Assembly: GCA_900752015.1 (NCBI GenBank) | Contig: CAADTZ010000019.1 | Coordinates: forward strand, 8,045 to 72,044 | DNA from: an uncultured Collinsella sp. | Lineage (GTDB): Bacteria > Actinomycetota > Coriobacteriia > Coriobacteriales > Coriobacteriaceae | DNA: 64,000 nt | Direction: 5' to 3' | The notes under the pieces: generated by a model | Told to the model about the DNA's origin: nothing | Database searches by the model: none | What the model saw: only the letters and a program-made list of their open reading frames with translations | Part shown: positions 9,832 through 21,460 of the stretch, in pieces | How the letters are laid out: the number at the start of each line of letters is the position of its first letter | Numbering within the stretch: position 1 is the first letter of the stretch | Position numbers and translations under genes: made by a program

Positions 9832-9852
9832 TGATGAGGCCTGCTGAGGGGC

Positions 9853-10332
9853 TTACTTTTCTTGAATCTGCTTGCCGCAAAGATGCTCAATCGAAATCTC
9901 GTAGAGCTGGACGCCCTTGATGTCCTTGGCGATTTCCTCTTCGACTTCTTCGGCAGAAGGGTAGTACTTAAGGGCGAGCTGGCGGACTTTGTCCTCGATA
10001 AACGCGGGGGTGTCATTCGCCAGGCGACAACGGCCAAAGACGACGGTGCTCATAACGTAGGGAGCCCAGTCACCGTCCTGGTACCACTCGTTGCCGTATA
10101 CGGTAAAGCAGACCTTGTCATCGCGCTTGAGTGCGTCGACCTTGTGGCCGGCTTTGGCGCCATGGAAATAGATCTTGTCGTGCTCGGCGTCAAAGAAGTA
10201 GTTGACGGGAATGGCGTACGGGTAGCCATCGTCGCCGTTGACGGCAAAGACGCCGCGCTTGCAGGCAGCGAGCAGTTTGCGCGCTTCCTCGTCGGTGATA
10301 GCGCGTTTCTTTCGACGTAAGGGCCTAAACAT
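9853..10332 (-). CDS. Pyridoxamine 5'-phosphate oxidase-family FMN-binding protein (NimA/split-barrel like)
   Basis: MFRPLRRKKRAITDEEARKLL...GYPYAIPVNYFFD...KVCFTV has the typical PNPOx-like split barrel. ATG at 10332 was chosen over the longer 10371 start. Confidence 0.7.
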   Translation of the reverse strand: MFRPLRRKKRAITDEEARKLLAACKRGVFAVNGDDGYPYAIPVNYFFDAEHDKIYFHGAKAGHKVDALKRDDKVCFTVYGNEWYQDGDWAPYVMSTVVFGRCRLANDTPAFIEDKVRQLALKYYPSAEEVEEEIAKDIKGVQLYEISIEHLCGKQIQEK

Positions 10333-10374
10333 CGTTGGCTTCCTTTCTGGTCGTGCGTAGTGGTTGAGCACAAA

Positions 10375-13212
10375 CTATAGCGAAATGGATCCGTTTTTCT
10401 TGATGCGGGCGAGTATGTTTTTGAGCTTGTTAAAGTCGAGCGGTTTGGATAGATGGGCGTTCATGCCGGCGTCGTGTGCCGCCTTGGCGTCCTCGGCAAA
10501 GGCATTGGCGGTGAGCGCGATGATGGGGATATCGGCTGCATCGACCTTCTCGCTCAGACGAATCGTGCGGGTTGCCTCATAGCCGTCCATGTCCGGCATC
10601 ATAATGTCCATCAGGATCGCATCGAAGCTGCCGGCGGGATGCGACAGGTACAGATCGACGACTTCGTTGCCGTTGGCGGCGCGAGTGACTACGACGCCCT
10701 CGGATTCTAGCAGCGCCTGGGCAATCTCGGCATTCAATTCGTTGTCTTCGGCGAGCAGTACGTTCATGTCGGCGAGCGAGCAGTCGAGCGCCCCCTCGAC
10801 CGTATTCGCCCGCGCCTGGGGGTTCTTGTCGATATCGAGCGGAATCTCCACGTAGAACGAGGTGCCCGCATGGAGCTCGCTGGTGACTTCGATGGTGCTG
10901 CCCATCAGTTCAATAAGCGACTTGACGATTGGCATGCCCATGCCGGTTCCTTGGAACTTGCTACGCGCATCGTTACCTTCTTGGGCAAACGGCTCATAGA
11001 TATGCTTTAAAAACTTGGAAGTCATGCCAATGCCGGTATCCGAAACGCTAAAGCAAAAGAGCGCGCGCCCGTTATCGAGTGGCTTGGTCTTTGAGCTAAA
11101 GGTGACGGAGCCGCCGTGCTTGTTGTACTTAATGCTGTTGTCTAACAGGTTGATCATGATCTGTCGGATATGGGTGGGACTGCCGACCATGTATGGCCCC
11201 GTGGTGTATGGCAGACTATTGTCCTGCATGGTGATGCCGTTATCGGATGCGCGGAGCTTGCACAGAACCAGCGTATCGTCACAGAGCTCTTTGAGGTTAA
11301 AAGGCGCATGTTCCAGTGTTATCTTGCGGTCTTCGATTTTGCCCATCTCGAGGATGTCGTTAATCAGCGAGAGCAGGTGATTGGCGGCAACACGAGCCTT
11401 GGCGCGGCTTTCGCGGGCGACCTGGATATCGCCTTCCTTCAATTCCTCGATATCGATAAGGCCCAGGATGCCGTTGAGCGGCGTACGGATGTCGTGGCTC
11501 ATGCGCGTGAGGAATGCCGTCTTAGCGGCGTTGGCGGCGTCGGCTTTTTCGCGCTCGGTTCGAGCGCGCACGAGCGCCCAGATGAGCAGGACGATGCTGA
11601 CCGACAACATACCGATGAGGGTGGAGGCAACGGCGGTGCGGTTGCGATAAAGGAATTGAAGCGTGTTGGATTCCTGGGCCGTGTACGACGTAGAGGAGTA
11701 ATTGCTTGCGGAGAGCGATTCTCCGGCATTGATGATGCCCTTGTTGATGATTCCCAGCAGCTCGGGCTTTCCGCGCGAAATCCAGCACGAGAGCTCGCAG
11801 GTGTCAGGGAGCTCGACCGTCTCGCAGTCCTCGAGATCATAACGATCGCCGAGGGTTTTTACGCGTGAACTGGGAGCGACGACGCAGCGCGCCGTTCCCC
11901 TCCTGAGGGCGTCGAACGCTTCATCGTCGGATCGGTATTCGGTCACGGTCGCTGTGGGGAACAGACTTTCAAGTACGTTTCGGTTGATAAACGATGATTT
12001 GGTACAGGCGATGTTCTGAAGATCTTTGTTCAGGTTGCTTCCGCTGTGGATGGCGGTGAGGGATATGGTCCCCAACGATACCGACTGCACAACGCCTGAT
12101 TGCTCGGCAAACCAGTAATCTCGGTATACCGGCAGCGCGACGTCTATGCTTCCCTTTGACAGGGCCTTTGACATCATCTTGTAGCTATCAAAGGCGACGG
12201 TTTTGACCGTAATGCCAAATTTATCGTGCAACGTCGTCGCAAGCGATGCGAGCGAGCCTTCCATTTTGCCGTCTTCGTCTTCGTTGCAGTAGGGGAGTTT
12301 GCCCGTAATGTAGCCGAGCGTGATGGTGTTGTTGTTCGCCTTGAGCCAGGCGCGCTCATCGCCGGTGAGCGAGGATGATCCGCTGTTTTGCGCTGAATAG
12401 TTCGATTTGACCTCGTCGTTATAGCGGGGGTTGACGCGGTTGATTGCCGCCATTGCGGAGTTGATGTTGTCCATCAGGTCGGGGCGGCTTTTGGGAACGG
12501 CAAAGTAGTAGTCGCTCGAACCGACGTAGAACATGGGCGACGCCTCGGGCGACGAAATGGTGTCGTTCATGATGATGGCGTCGACCTCGCCGTTTGCGAG
12601 CGCGTCAAAGAGAACGGAGCCTCCGTCATACTCCCTGTATGTGCAGGCGATTCCCTCGTTGGCGAGCCACTGCTGGCCGACGATGGTTTGCATAACACCG
12701 GAGTTGTAACCGATGGTGAGACCCTGGAGTGCTTGAGGGTCACCCTTGGCCAGGTCGTCACGGTCGGGCCTGGCGTAGATGTAGTAGCGCTCGGTGCCCT
12801 CGGGGTTCGAGGAAAAGAGCAGCTTTTGGGCGCGTTCCTCGGAGTAGGAGATGTTGGGCATGAGGTCGATCTCGCCTGCCTCGAGCATGTCCATAAGCTC
12901 GGTAAAGGTGCCGGAGACGTATTCGTACCGCCAGCCGGGCGTGTAGTACGACAGGGTCTGGAGGTACTCGTAACCCCATCCCGAGAGACGCTCGCCGGGG
13001 GTGCCGTTCTGGAAGCCCTCGTTGTTGACGAGCCAGCCGACGCGGACCGTCTTGACTGGCTGACTAGAGTCATCGGCAAAAGCCTGGACAGGCGCGATGG
13101 AACTCAGTGCGGCAAGCGCGGCAAGCACAATGGCCAGGGCGCGACATATAACTGAACGAAGGACAGTGGCAGCTCTCACATGCAATCCTAACGAATCGAG
13201 ACAATACCGCAT
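10375..13212 (-). CDS. BvgS-like hybrid sensor histidine kinase: two tandem periplasmic SBP_bac_3 domains, TM, HisKA, HATPase_c, receiver
   Basis: 945 aa. N-terminal signal/TM region, then two ~230-aa periplasmic binding-protein domains, a TM helix (LIGMLSVSIVLLIWAL), H-box AFLTRMSHDIRTPLNGI, an ATPase domain, and a C-terminal REC (VLLAEDNELN...DAILMDIMMPDMDG). No HPt domain. Confidence 0.85.
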   Translation of the reverse strand: MRYCLDSLGLHVRAATVLRSVICRALAIVLAALAALSSIAPVQAFADDSSQPVKTVRVGWLVNNEGFQNGTPGERLSGWGYEYLQTLSYYTPGWRYEYVSGTFTELMDMLEAGEIDLMPNISYSEERAQKLLFSSNPEGTERYYIYARPDRDDLAKGDPQALQGLTIGYNSGVMQTIVGQQWLANEGIACTYREYDGGSVLFDALANGEVDAIIMNDTISSPEASPMFYVGSSDYYFAVPKSRPDLMDNINSAMAAINRVNPRYNDEVKSNYSAQNSGSSSLTGDERAWLKANNNTITLGYITGKLPYCNEDEDGKMEGSLASLATTLHDKFGITVKTVAFDSYKMMSKALSKGSIDVALPVYRDYWFAEQSGVVQSVSLGTISLTAIHSGSNLNKDLQNIACTKSSFINRNVLESLFPTATVTEYRSDDEAFDALRRGTARCVVAPSSRVKTLGDRYDLEDCETVELPDTCELSCWISRGKPELLGIINKGIINAGESLSASNYSSTSYTAQESNTLQFLYRNRTAVASTLIGMLSVSIVLLIWALVRARTEREKADAANAAKTAFLTRMSHDIRTPLNGILGLIDIEELKEGDIQVARESRAKARVAANHLLSLINDILEMGKIEDRKITLEHAPFNLKELCDDTLVLCKLRASDNGITMQDNSLPYTTGPYMVGSPTHIRQIMINLLDNSIKYNKHGGSVTFSSKTKPLDNGRALFCFSVSDTGIGMTSKFLKHIYEPFAQEGNDARSKFQGTGMGMPIVKSLIELMGSTIEVTSELHAGTSFYVEIPLDIDKNPQARANTVEGALDCSLADMNVLLAEDNELNAEIAQALLESEGVVVTRAANGNEVVDLYLSHPAGSFDAILMDIMMPDMDGYEATRTIRLSEKVDAADIPIIALTANAFAEDAKAAHDAGMNAHLSKPLDFNKLKNILARIKKNGSISL

Positions 13213-13278
13213 AAGGATACCAGCTCAGCCTGCCCAGTCGGCAGCTGTACCGCTAAACGCTCCCGCCCGGCAGTCATC

Positions 13279-13355
13279 GGGGACGTTCTTAAACGACTAG
13301 TCATTGGGGACGTTCTTGTTTGACTGGTCATTTAAGAACGTCCCCAATGACTAGT
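13279..13355. repeat. Palindromic interspersed repeat family R1, expanded copy B
   Basis: GGGGACGTTCTT-AAACGACTAGTCATT-GGGGACGTTCTT-GTTTGACTGGTCATT-TAAGAACGTCCCC-AATGACTAGT. Contains an internal duplication of the left arm. Lies in the divergent promoter region between the BvgS-like kinase and the K+ channel gene. Confidence 0.65.
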
Positions 13356-13423
13356 TCCGTTTGCTGGGGAGGCGTGGGACAATACCGAGCGAACGTGATT
13401 GGTTGTCCGTGGAAGGGGTCGCG

Positions 13424-13849
13424 ATGAAAAAGCTCAGGACGCTTGCCGATGTGCTGCGACAGGCTGGCTTTGCACGCATTACGGGCCTGTTTCTTATTTT
13501 CTATCTGCTTTGCTCGACGGCTGTCTGGCTGTCCGAGCCCACGACCCTCACGTTTGGCGATGGTCTCTGGTTTAGCTTTGAGACGGTCTCGACGATTGGC
13601 TTTGGCGATATCCCCGCTGAAACGCCGGTTGCCCGCGGCATTACCGTTATCCTAAGCGTCATCAGTATCTTCTATATCGCCATGCTTACGGGCGTGGCGG
13701 TGAACTACTGCAATACGCTTATCAAGATGCGCCAAAAGGACACCATGGCGCGCTTTATGGATGATCTTGAGCATTTGGAAGAACTCGACCGCGATGAGCT
13801 CGCCGATTTGTCGCGCCGCGTGCGCGAATACCGTCGCCGGCAACGATAG
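13424..13849 (+). CDS. Small two-TM potassium channel (KcsA-like pore, TIGFGD selectivity filter)
   Basis: MKKLRTLADVLRQAGFARITGLFLIFYLL...FETVSTIGFGDI...VILSVISIFYIAML. ATG at 13424. Confidence 0.75.
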   Translation: MKKLRTLADVLRQAGFARITGLFLIFYLLCSTAVWLSEPTTLTFGDGLWFSFETVSTIGFGDIPAETPVARGITVILSVISIFYIAMLTGVAVNYCNTLIKMRQKDTMARFMDDLEHLEELDRDELADLSRRVREYRRRQR

Positions 13850-13879
13850 AACGGGTGCCGCGCGTCACGACGAGGGGGA

Positions 13880-14419
13880 TTGCATATGAACATCACCGTC
13901 TACCTGGGCGCGAGCGTCGGCAACGACCCGGCGTTTCTGCCCGCAGTGCAGGAGCTGGGCAATTGGATTGGCGCCAACGGACACGCGCTCGTATACGGCG
14001 GGTCCAAATCGGGACTGATGGGCGCGCTCGCCGATAGCGTACTCGAGGCAGGCGGACATGTGACGGGTGTGGAGCCGAGCTTCTTTATCGAGGCAGAGTT
14101 TCAACACGACGGAATCGACGACCTTATCGTGACGAGCGACATGGCCGAGCGCAAAGCCAAGATGATCGAGCTCGGCGATGCGTTCATCGCATTTCCGGGC
14201 GGCACGGGCACGCTCGAGGAGATTGCCGAGGTTATGTCCGCGGTGTCGTTGGGGCACCTGAGCTCTCCGTGCATCCTGTATAACCTGGACGGTTACTACA
14301 ACGACCTCAAGGCGTTGCTCGGGCACATGATTGATAAGGGGCTTTCGAGCCCGAGGCGCCAGCACGGCATCTACTTTGCCGACGATTTGCGCGAGATTGC
14401 CTCGATTATCAACGGATAA
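13880..14419 (+). CDS. LOG-family protein (cytokinin riboside 5'-monophosphate phosphoribohydrolase-like, TIGR00730)
   Basis: ITVYLGAS...ALVYGGSKSGLMGALADSVLEAGGHVTGVEP...PGGTGTLEEI is the canonical LOG/Rossmann PGGxGTxxE motif. Confidence 0.8.
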   Translation: MHMNITVYLGASVGNDPAFLPAVQELGNWIGANGHALVYGGSKSGLMGALADSVLEAGGHVTGVEPSFFIEAEFQHDGIDDLIVTSDMAERKAKMIELGDAFIAFPGGTGTLEEIAEVMSAVSLGHLSSPCILYNLDGYYNDLKALLGHMIDKGLSSPRRQHGIYFADDLREIASIING

Positions 14420-14544
14420 GTCTTGAGCCTGCCCCACTATGGCTCCCAATGGTGCCGTTTGCGGCGCAGGTGGTTGGCTCGTTCGGGCAACGCTCGCTCT
14501 ACAATAAAACGTATCTATGTCGACTTTGACCGCGGGAGGACCCG

Positions 14545-15849
14545 ATGGATAACCTTGCCAAACCCACGAACCGAGCGCTGTTTTTGGTCAGCGTTGCCGT
14601 GACCGGTGCACTCGCGGGTGCCGCAGTCTGGCTGTTCTTTTTTGCGATGGAGCACGGTATCGACTATCTATGGACCGAGATTCCGCACGCGCTGGGCGTC
14701 GCTTCGCCCGAGCTTGCCAGCGGCCCGTTTGGCTTTCTGCCGTACCCGTTTTTTGTCTGCCTGCTGGGCGGCCTGTTAATCGGTCTGTACGAAAAGATGA
14801 CAGGCACCAAGACCGATGACCTCAACCAGGTGATGGCTAAGGTTAAGCAAGACGGGCGCTACCCGTACGACAACCTGGGCAAGCTTTCGCTCGCGGCATT
14901 GCTGCCGCTGCTGTTTGGCGGAAGCATTGGACCGGAGGCCGGCCTGACCGGCGTTATCGCTGGTCTGTGCAGCTGGGTCGGCGACCGCATGCGTCGCTTT
15001 GGCGCCGAGTTTAGGGAGCTTACGCTGCTGGGCACCCAGGCTGCCCTGACGGCGCTCTTTACCGCGCCCGTCTTTGGTTTTGTGGCACCGCTCGCTGGTA
15101 GCGCCGACGGCCAAGGCGAAGACGCCGACGATGAGTCCGTGTCCGACGAGGTCACCATCAAGCTGCCCAAGGCGCAAAAGACCGTGGTCTACGGCATTGC
15201 GATTGCCGGCGGTCTGGGCACCTACCTGCTGCTTGGCCAGCTTGTGGGCGGCGGCATGGGTATGCCGAGGTTCGAGTCCGCCGAGGTGGGCAACCTGGAG
15301 CTTACCTGGCTCATTCCTCTGTCGCTGATCGGAACAATCTGCGGCTGGCTGTACTTTGTCTCTGAGCATGCAAGCGAGGCACTGTCCCATGCAATAGGGG
15401 AGCGTCCTGTCGTCAAGGCCATGCTGGCCGGTCTGGCACTCGCCATCTGTGGCACGGTCCTGCCCTATACCATGTTTGCCGGCGAGACCCAGGCCGACGT
15501 GCTCATGGAAACCTATCTGACCATTCCCGCTGGCGTGCTTATCGCGACCGGTCTTGTTAAGGCCATGCTGACGCCCGCCCTCATCAACCTTGGTTGGCGC
15601 GGCGGTCACTTCTTCCCGGTTATCTTCTCGGGCGTAAGCCTGGGCTATGGCCTTGCCATCCTCACCGGCGCAGATCCGGTCTTTTGCGTCGCCGTCTGCA
15701 CGGCATCGACGATGGGTGCGGTCATGCGTCAGCCGGTCATGGTCGTGGGCCTGCTGCTCATGTGCTTCCCACTCAAGGGTATCGTCTGCATGATCATCGC
15801 GGCCGTCATCGCCGCCGGCATTCCACTGCCCAAGCCGCTGCGCAAGTAG
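14545..15849 (+). CDS. ClC-family chloride channel-like membrane protein (short form)
   Basis: About 10 predicted TM helices. GGSIGPEAG resembles G(K/R)EGP and GGHFFPVIF resembles the GxFxP ClC selectivity-filter motif. The assignment is moderate. Confidence 0.55.
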   Translation: MDNLAKPTNRALFLVSVAVTGALAGAAVWLFFFAMEHGIDYLWTEIPHALGVASPELASGPFGFLPYPFFVCLLGGLLIGLYEKMTGTKTDDLNQVMAKVKQDGRYPYDNLGKLSLAALLPLLFGGSIGPEAGLTGVIAGLCSWVGDRMRRFGAEFRELTLLGTQAALTALFTAPVFGFVAPLAGSADGQGEDADDESVSDEVTIKLPKAQKTVVYGIAIAGGLGTYLLLGQLVGGGMGMPRFESAEVGNLELTWLIPLSLIGTICGWLYFVSEHASEALSHAIGERPVVKAMLAGLALAICGTVLPYTMFAGETQADVLMETYLTIPAGVLIATGLVKAMLTPALINLGWRGGHFFPVIFSGVSLGYGLAILTGADPVFCVAVCTASTMGAVMRQPVMVVGLLLMCFPLKGIVCMIIAAVIAAGIPLPKPLRK

Positions 15850-15884
15850 CGCGGTTTTTCACGAGTCAATTCCAGGGGTACGAG

Positions 15885-16676
15885 ATGATCCTGTACTTTA
15901 GCGCGACAGGGAACAGCGAGCATGTGGCGCGTCGCATTGCAGCGGCGACAGACGACAAGGTTGTGTCGATTGAGCGTTTTGATGTCGAAGCCCTTCGCCT
16001 TGTTGCGACGGAAGGCCCCTGCCAGCTGGGATTTGTTGCTCCGGTGTATGCCTGGGGTCTGCCGACACCGATGATCGAGTTTTTGAAGACTGCCGACCTG
16101 TCGATTGCTGCCGGTGCAAAGGGCGGCGAGCGCCCCTATACGTTCTATGTTTCGACGTACGGTTCGACGACCGGCCAATCTGCCAAGTTTGCCCGCGACC
16201 TGCTGCACGAGCGTGGGCTCGAGTTAGATGCGGCGATGAGCGTCAAGATGCCCGATACCTGGACGCCTGTTTTCGACCTGTCTGACCCTCAAAAGGTTGA
16301 GGGTATCAATAGAGCTGCCGAGGCGCAGATTGATGCCGTGATCGAGGCGGTGCAGGCACGCCGCACGGGCAACATGATGCGCCATCGCGTGCCTCTGTTT
16401 GCATCGTGCGCGTATCACGCAATTGGGCTGCCGCGCATGCAACAGACGAGCAAGTTTGCCGTCGATGCCGATCGCTGCATCGGCTGCGGCCTGTGTGCCA
16501 AGCGCTGCCCCATGGCGGCGATTGAGATGCGCGACGGCCTTCCCGTCTGGACAAAGCCGGAGTGCGCAGCCTGCCTTCGTTGCCTGCACCGTTGTCCCAA
16601 ATTTGCCATCTCGCACGGTAAGCGCACGGCATCCCACGGTCAGTACAGGCATCCCAAGCCAGGTGTGAGGATGTAG
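15885..16676 (+). CDS. Flavodoxin-like domain fused to 2x[4Fe-4S] ferredoxin (EFR1-family ferredoxin)
   Basis: MILYFSATGNSEHVARRIA is a flavodoxin-like N-terminus. C-terminus has CIGCGLCAKRCP...CAACLRCLHRCP. ATG at 15885. The longer 15594 ORF overlaps the previous gene. Confidence 0.7.
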   Translation: MILYFSATGNSEHVARRIAAATDDKVVSIERFDVEALRLVATEGPCQLGFVAPVYAWGLPTPMIEFLKTADLSIAAGAKGGERPYTFYVSTYGSTTGQSAKFARDLLHERGLELDAAMSVKMPDTWTPVFDLSDPQKVEGINRAAEAQIDAVIEAVQARRTGNMMRHRVPLFASCAYHAIGLPRMQQTSKFAVDADRCIGCGLCAKRCPMAAIEMRDGLPVWTKPECAACLRCLHRCPKFAISHGKRTASHGQYRHPKPGVRM

Positions 16677-16691
16677 CGGCTGCTGGCCGCG

Positions 16692-17567
16692 CTACTTCCA
16701 AACCGCGAGCGCCGCAGTGCCCAGTACGATGAGGGCGAGACCGATGGCGCTGCGCCGCGAGACCTTTTCGCTGAATGCCAAGCGCGCAAATAGTACCGAT
16801 ACGACAATCGATAGTTTGTCGATCTGCACCACGACGCTCACCTGGCCTGCGGCGATGGCATAGTAATAGAGCAGCCACGATGCTCCGGTCGCGATGCCCG
16901 ATGCCGCGAGAAATACGAGCTCGTAGCGGTCTACGTGCACGGCTTGGCCCATCTTGCCTTTAGCTGCCACGATTGCCCATGCCATAACCAGTACCACGCA
17001 GGTGCGGATTGCCGTGGCCAGGTTTGACTCGACGCCTTCGATGCCGATCTTAGCGAGGACGGAGGTGAGTGCTGCGAACATGGCGGCGCCGAGGGCGTAA
17101 GCGAGCCAGGTCCGGTCTTGCTGCTGCTCGGGTCCGGCGGATTGCTGCTTCTCGGTCATTAAAAACGTGCCGAGGGTAATGACGGCGGTTCCCACGAGCT
17201 TAACCGCAAGGTTGCTCGTCTCGCCAAAAAGCACGATGGCGATCAGCGCGGCGAGCACGGTGCTCATCTTGTCGACCGGTACGACCTTATTGACGTCTCC
17301 GATGCTCAACGCCTTAAAGTAACAGATCCACGAAGCGCCGGTAGCGAGTCCCGAGAGGACGAGAAAGAGCCAGGATCTGGGTTCGATGCTGCCAATGGTT
17401 CCAATGGATCCAGAAATGCCCGCCATTGCCCAGGCGAAAACGAGCACCACGCAGGTGCGAATGGCCGTCGCGACATCGGAGTCGGTCTGCTTGATGCCGC
17501 ATTTGGCCAAGATGGATGTGATGCCGGCAAAGAATGCTGACGCAAATGCTGCGACGACCCACGACAC
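16692..17567 (-). CDS. EamA/DMT-family transporter
   Basis: Two EamA repeats, 10 predicted TM helices. Confidence 0.75.
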   Translation of the reverse strand: MSWVVAAFASAFFAGITSILAKCGIKQTDSDVATAIRTCVVLVFAWAMAGISGSIGTIGSIEPRSWLFLVLSGLATGASWICYFKALSIGDVNKVVPVDKMSTVLAALIAIVLFGETSNLAVKLVGTAVITLGTFLMTEKQQSAGPEQQQDRTWLAYALGAAMFAALTSVLAKIGIEGVESNLATAIRTCVVLVMAWAIVAAKGKMGQAVHVDRYELVFLAASGIATGASWLLYYYAIAAGQVSVVVQIDKLSIVVSVLFARLAFSEKVSRRSAIGLALIVLGTAALAVWK

Positions 17568-17635
17568 GGGTTGAGCGCCTCCTCAAAAAAGACCACGCCA
17601 GATCTATGGCGCATGTCCAATGATACCGCGCTTGC

Positions 17636-18343
17636 CTATAGGTTGCGTGCCCGGTAGACCTTGGTGCTGATGGCGCAGCTGACAGCGCCAAGGACGACCG
17701 TTGCCAGCGCGGCAATTCCTGCGCACAGGAAGCCAAGAACGGAAGGATCGGGATTCGCCCCGGCAATCATCGACATGAGCTGGTTGCTGATGGGGTTGAA
17801 TGAGTTTAGCGTGACCATGATAAGGCACATGTATAGGGCGTATAGACCAACGGATAGGCGTTGCGCCTTCATGTGTTCAAATCGAAAGAACAGAGGCAGT
17901 ACCAAAAACACCGCCATGAGGGAGAAAAGCATCGATATTGCCGAGGCGATTGCGGTCTCAAAGACGGTCTCTCCCGTGGAGGGGATACCCACGCTGTTTA
18001 AGATCGGGATGGCGACGATACTCAACAGCACGGCCGCGCACGTCATGATGACCGAGAAAATAGTGATGCACAGGTAGCGTGCGCTGACGATGTCTTTGCG
18101 TGAGATGGGCAGCGTTGCCCGATAGCGCTCCCATCCGTTTTGGTTGTCGAGCCCGGCCAGCGACGTCATGGCCATGATAGGCGACATGGCACTGATCGCG
18201 AAGGCGCCGGCGGCGCTCATATCGGAATCACCATTCGATGCCCTGACGGCGGTCAGCACGACGAAGATGAACAGGCCGACACCTGCGATGCTCGGGACGA
18301 GCGTGCGAACGATGGCAAGCTCGGACATAATGGCGCGTTTCAT
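17636..18343 (-). CDS. ABC-2 type transporter permease
   Basis: Six TM helices. Immediately downstream of, and overlapping, the ABC ATPase gene in a GntR-ATPase-permease (YtrA-type) operon. Confidence 0.6.
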   Translation of the reverse strand: MKRAIMSELAIVRTLVPSIAGVGLFIFVVLTAVRASNGDSDMSAAGAFAISAMSPIMAMTSLAGLDNQNGWERYRATLPISRKDIVSARYLCITIFSVIMTCAAVLLSIVAIPILNSVGIPSTGETVFETAIASAISMLFSLMAVFLVLPLFFRFEHMKAQRLSVGLYALYMCLIMVTLNSFNPISNQLMSMIAGANPDPSVLGFLCAGIAALATVVLGAVSCAISTKVYRARNL

Positions 18344-19221
18344 TTCAAAGCCCCTTTCAGCATGAAGCGAAGATAGTCATCAATGGTTGCCCGATCGCAG
18401 GGAATCTCGGGGAAGGCCTCGAGCACTTCGCGGTGGTTGGGCACGAGCACGTCCACGCTGTAGGCGTGGCGGGCGGCGCGGGGGCCTTCGACGCAAGCCA
18501 TGAGCTCGGCGGCCTGTGCCTGGGTGCAGTGGGCGATGCCGGCGCGGTCGGTAATGTCCTCGCGTGGCAGGTCAAACACAATCGAGCCGTTATCGATGCA
18601 GATGACGCGGTCGGCAGCACGATCGAGATCAGACGTAATGTGGCTCGAGAGCAGCACGCTGCGCTGGCCGTCGGCGACAAAGGCGAGCAGCTCATCGAGC
18701 AGTTCCTCGCGTGCCATGGGATCGAGGCCCGCGGTGGCTTCGTCCAAAACGAGCAGCTTGGCATCGTGGCTGAGCGCGCAGGCGAGCTGCAGCTTCATAC
18801 CCATGCCGCGGGAGAGGTCCTTGACCTTTGTCTTGGGATCGAGGCCAAATCGGTTGATGAATCCGGCGAACGTTTCGCGGTCCCACGTGGGGTACGCCGG
18901 GCCTACGAGCGCCTCGATCTGGCCCACTTTGAGCGTGGAGGGGAAGGGGCACGTGTCCAGGACAAGACCGACGCGGGAGCGTAGATGGCGTTGCGACTCA
19001 TCGGGCGCGTCGGCGCCACAGCGCTGCCCAAACAGGTGCACTTCGCCGGCATCGAGCTTTATAAGCCCGAGAGCAGCTCGAATCGCCGTTGTTTTGCCAG
19101 CACCGTTGGCACCAACAAAGCCGACGATCTGGCCAGGCTCCACGGCAAGCGTGACGTCGCGCAGCGAAAAGCGGTCGCTTACAGTGCGTGAGATGCCTTT
19201 GAGTTCAAGCAAGTTTTGCAT
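18340..19221 (-). CDS. ABC transporter ATP-binding protein
   Basis: MQNLLELKGIS... with Walker A GANGAGKTT, signature LSRGMGMKLQLA, and Walker B LLVLDEATAGLD. ATG at 19221. The annotated longer ORF runs into the GntR gene. Confidence 0.85.
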   Translation of the reverse strand: MQNLLELKGISRTVSDRFSLRDVTLAVEPGQIVGFVGANGAGKTTAIRAALGLIKLDAGEVHLFGQRCGADAPDESQRHLRSRVGLVLDTCPFPSTLKVGQIEALVGPAYPTWDRETFAGFINRFGLDPKTKVKDLSRGMGMKLQLACALSHDAKLLVLDEATAGLDPMAREELLDELLAFVADGQRSVLLSSHITSDLDRAADRVICIDNGSIVFDLPREDITDRAGIAHCTQAQAAELMACVEGPRAARHAYSVDVLVPNHREVLEAFPEIPCDRATIDDYLRFMLKGALK

Positions 19222-19244
19222 GGTATAGCCTTTCTTGCAGATGG

Positions 19245-19625
19245 CTACTGCATGGTTTCGGGGGCTACCAGGTCGAGCATCTCGTGCAGTTTGTCGCGCG
19301 TGACGCCCAAGGCTTCGGCTTGGCTTGCCGCTTTCGCAAGCAGCTCTTCGATATGACAGAGCTGGTTTTCGCGCAAAAGCTCCTGGTTGCCCTCGGCGAC
19401 AAAACAGCCCTTGCCCTGCACGGTGCAGATAAACCCGAGCTGCTCCAGGTCGGCGTAGGCGCGCTTGGTGGTGATGACGCTCACGCCAAGATCGCTCGCG
19501 AGTGCACGGATGCTGGGGAGTTTGGCGCCCGCAGCGAGCGTGCCCGATAAGATCTGAGCTTTGACTTGTGAGGTTATCTGCTCGTAGATGGGCTTGTCGC
19601 TCGAATTGGATAGGATGATGTCCAC
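19245..19625 (-). CDS. GntR-family (YtrA-like) transcriptional regulator
   Basis: KPIYEQITSQVKAQILSG...LPSIRALASDLGVSVITTKRAY is a GntR wHTH, with the short C-terminus typical of the YtrA subfamily. Confidence 0.8.
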   Translation of the reverse strand: MDIILSNSSDKPIYEQITSQVKAQILSGTLAAGAKLPSIRALASDLGVSVITTKRAYADLEQLGFICTVQGKGCFVAEGNQELLRENQLCHIEELLAKAASQAEALGVTRDKLHEMLDLVAPETMQ

Positions 19626-19652
19626 AGCGGCTCCTTAGCTGTTGGGCTACAC

Positions 19653-19686
19653 GTGTATATAACCGGTAAGCACAGTATATATACAC
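19653..19686. promoter_or_regulatory. Inverted repeat GTGTATATA-N16-TATATACAC upstream of the GntR operon (candidate operator / -10 region)
   Basis: Perfect 9-bp arms located 28-60 bp upstream of the GntR start. An AT-rich island in a GC-rich context. Confidence 0.3.
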
Positions 19687-19840
19687 TATGCACAGTTCTG
19701 CAAGAGGCAAATGCGGATTGGGCCGGTTGCCCAGGCCCCAACTGATGAATTTGTCCTGATAGGTGCCCTAGAGCGGGATTTCGCGGCTACAATAGGGCGG
19801 TTACATCGACGTAATGCACTCAATGCAAGAAAGGATCCGC

Positions 19841-21454
<1,614 letters not shown>

Positions 21455-21460
21455 CGCATC

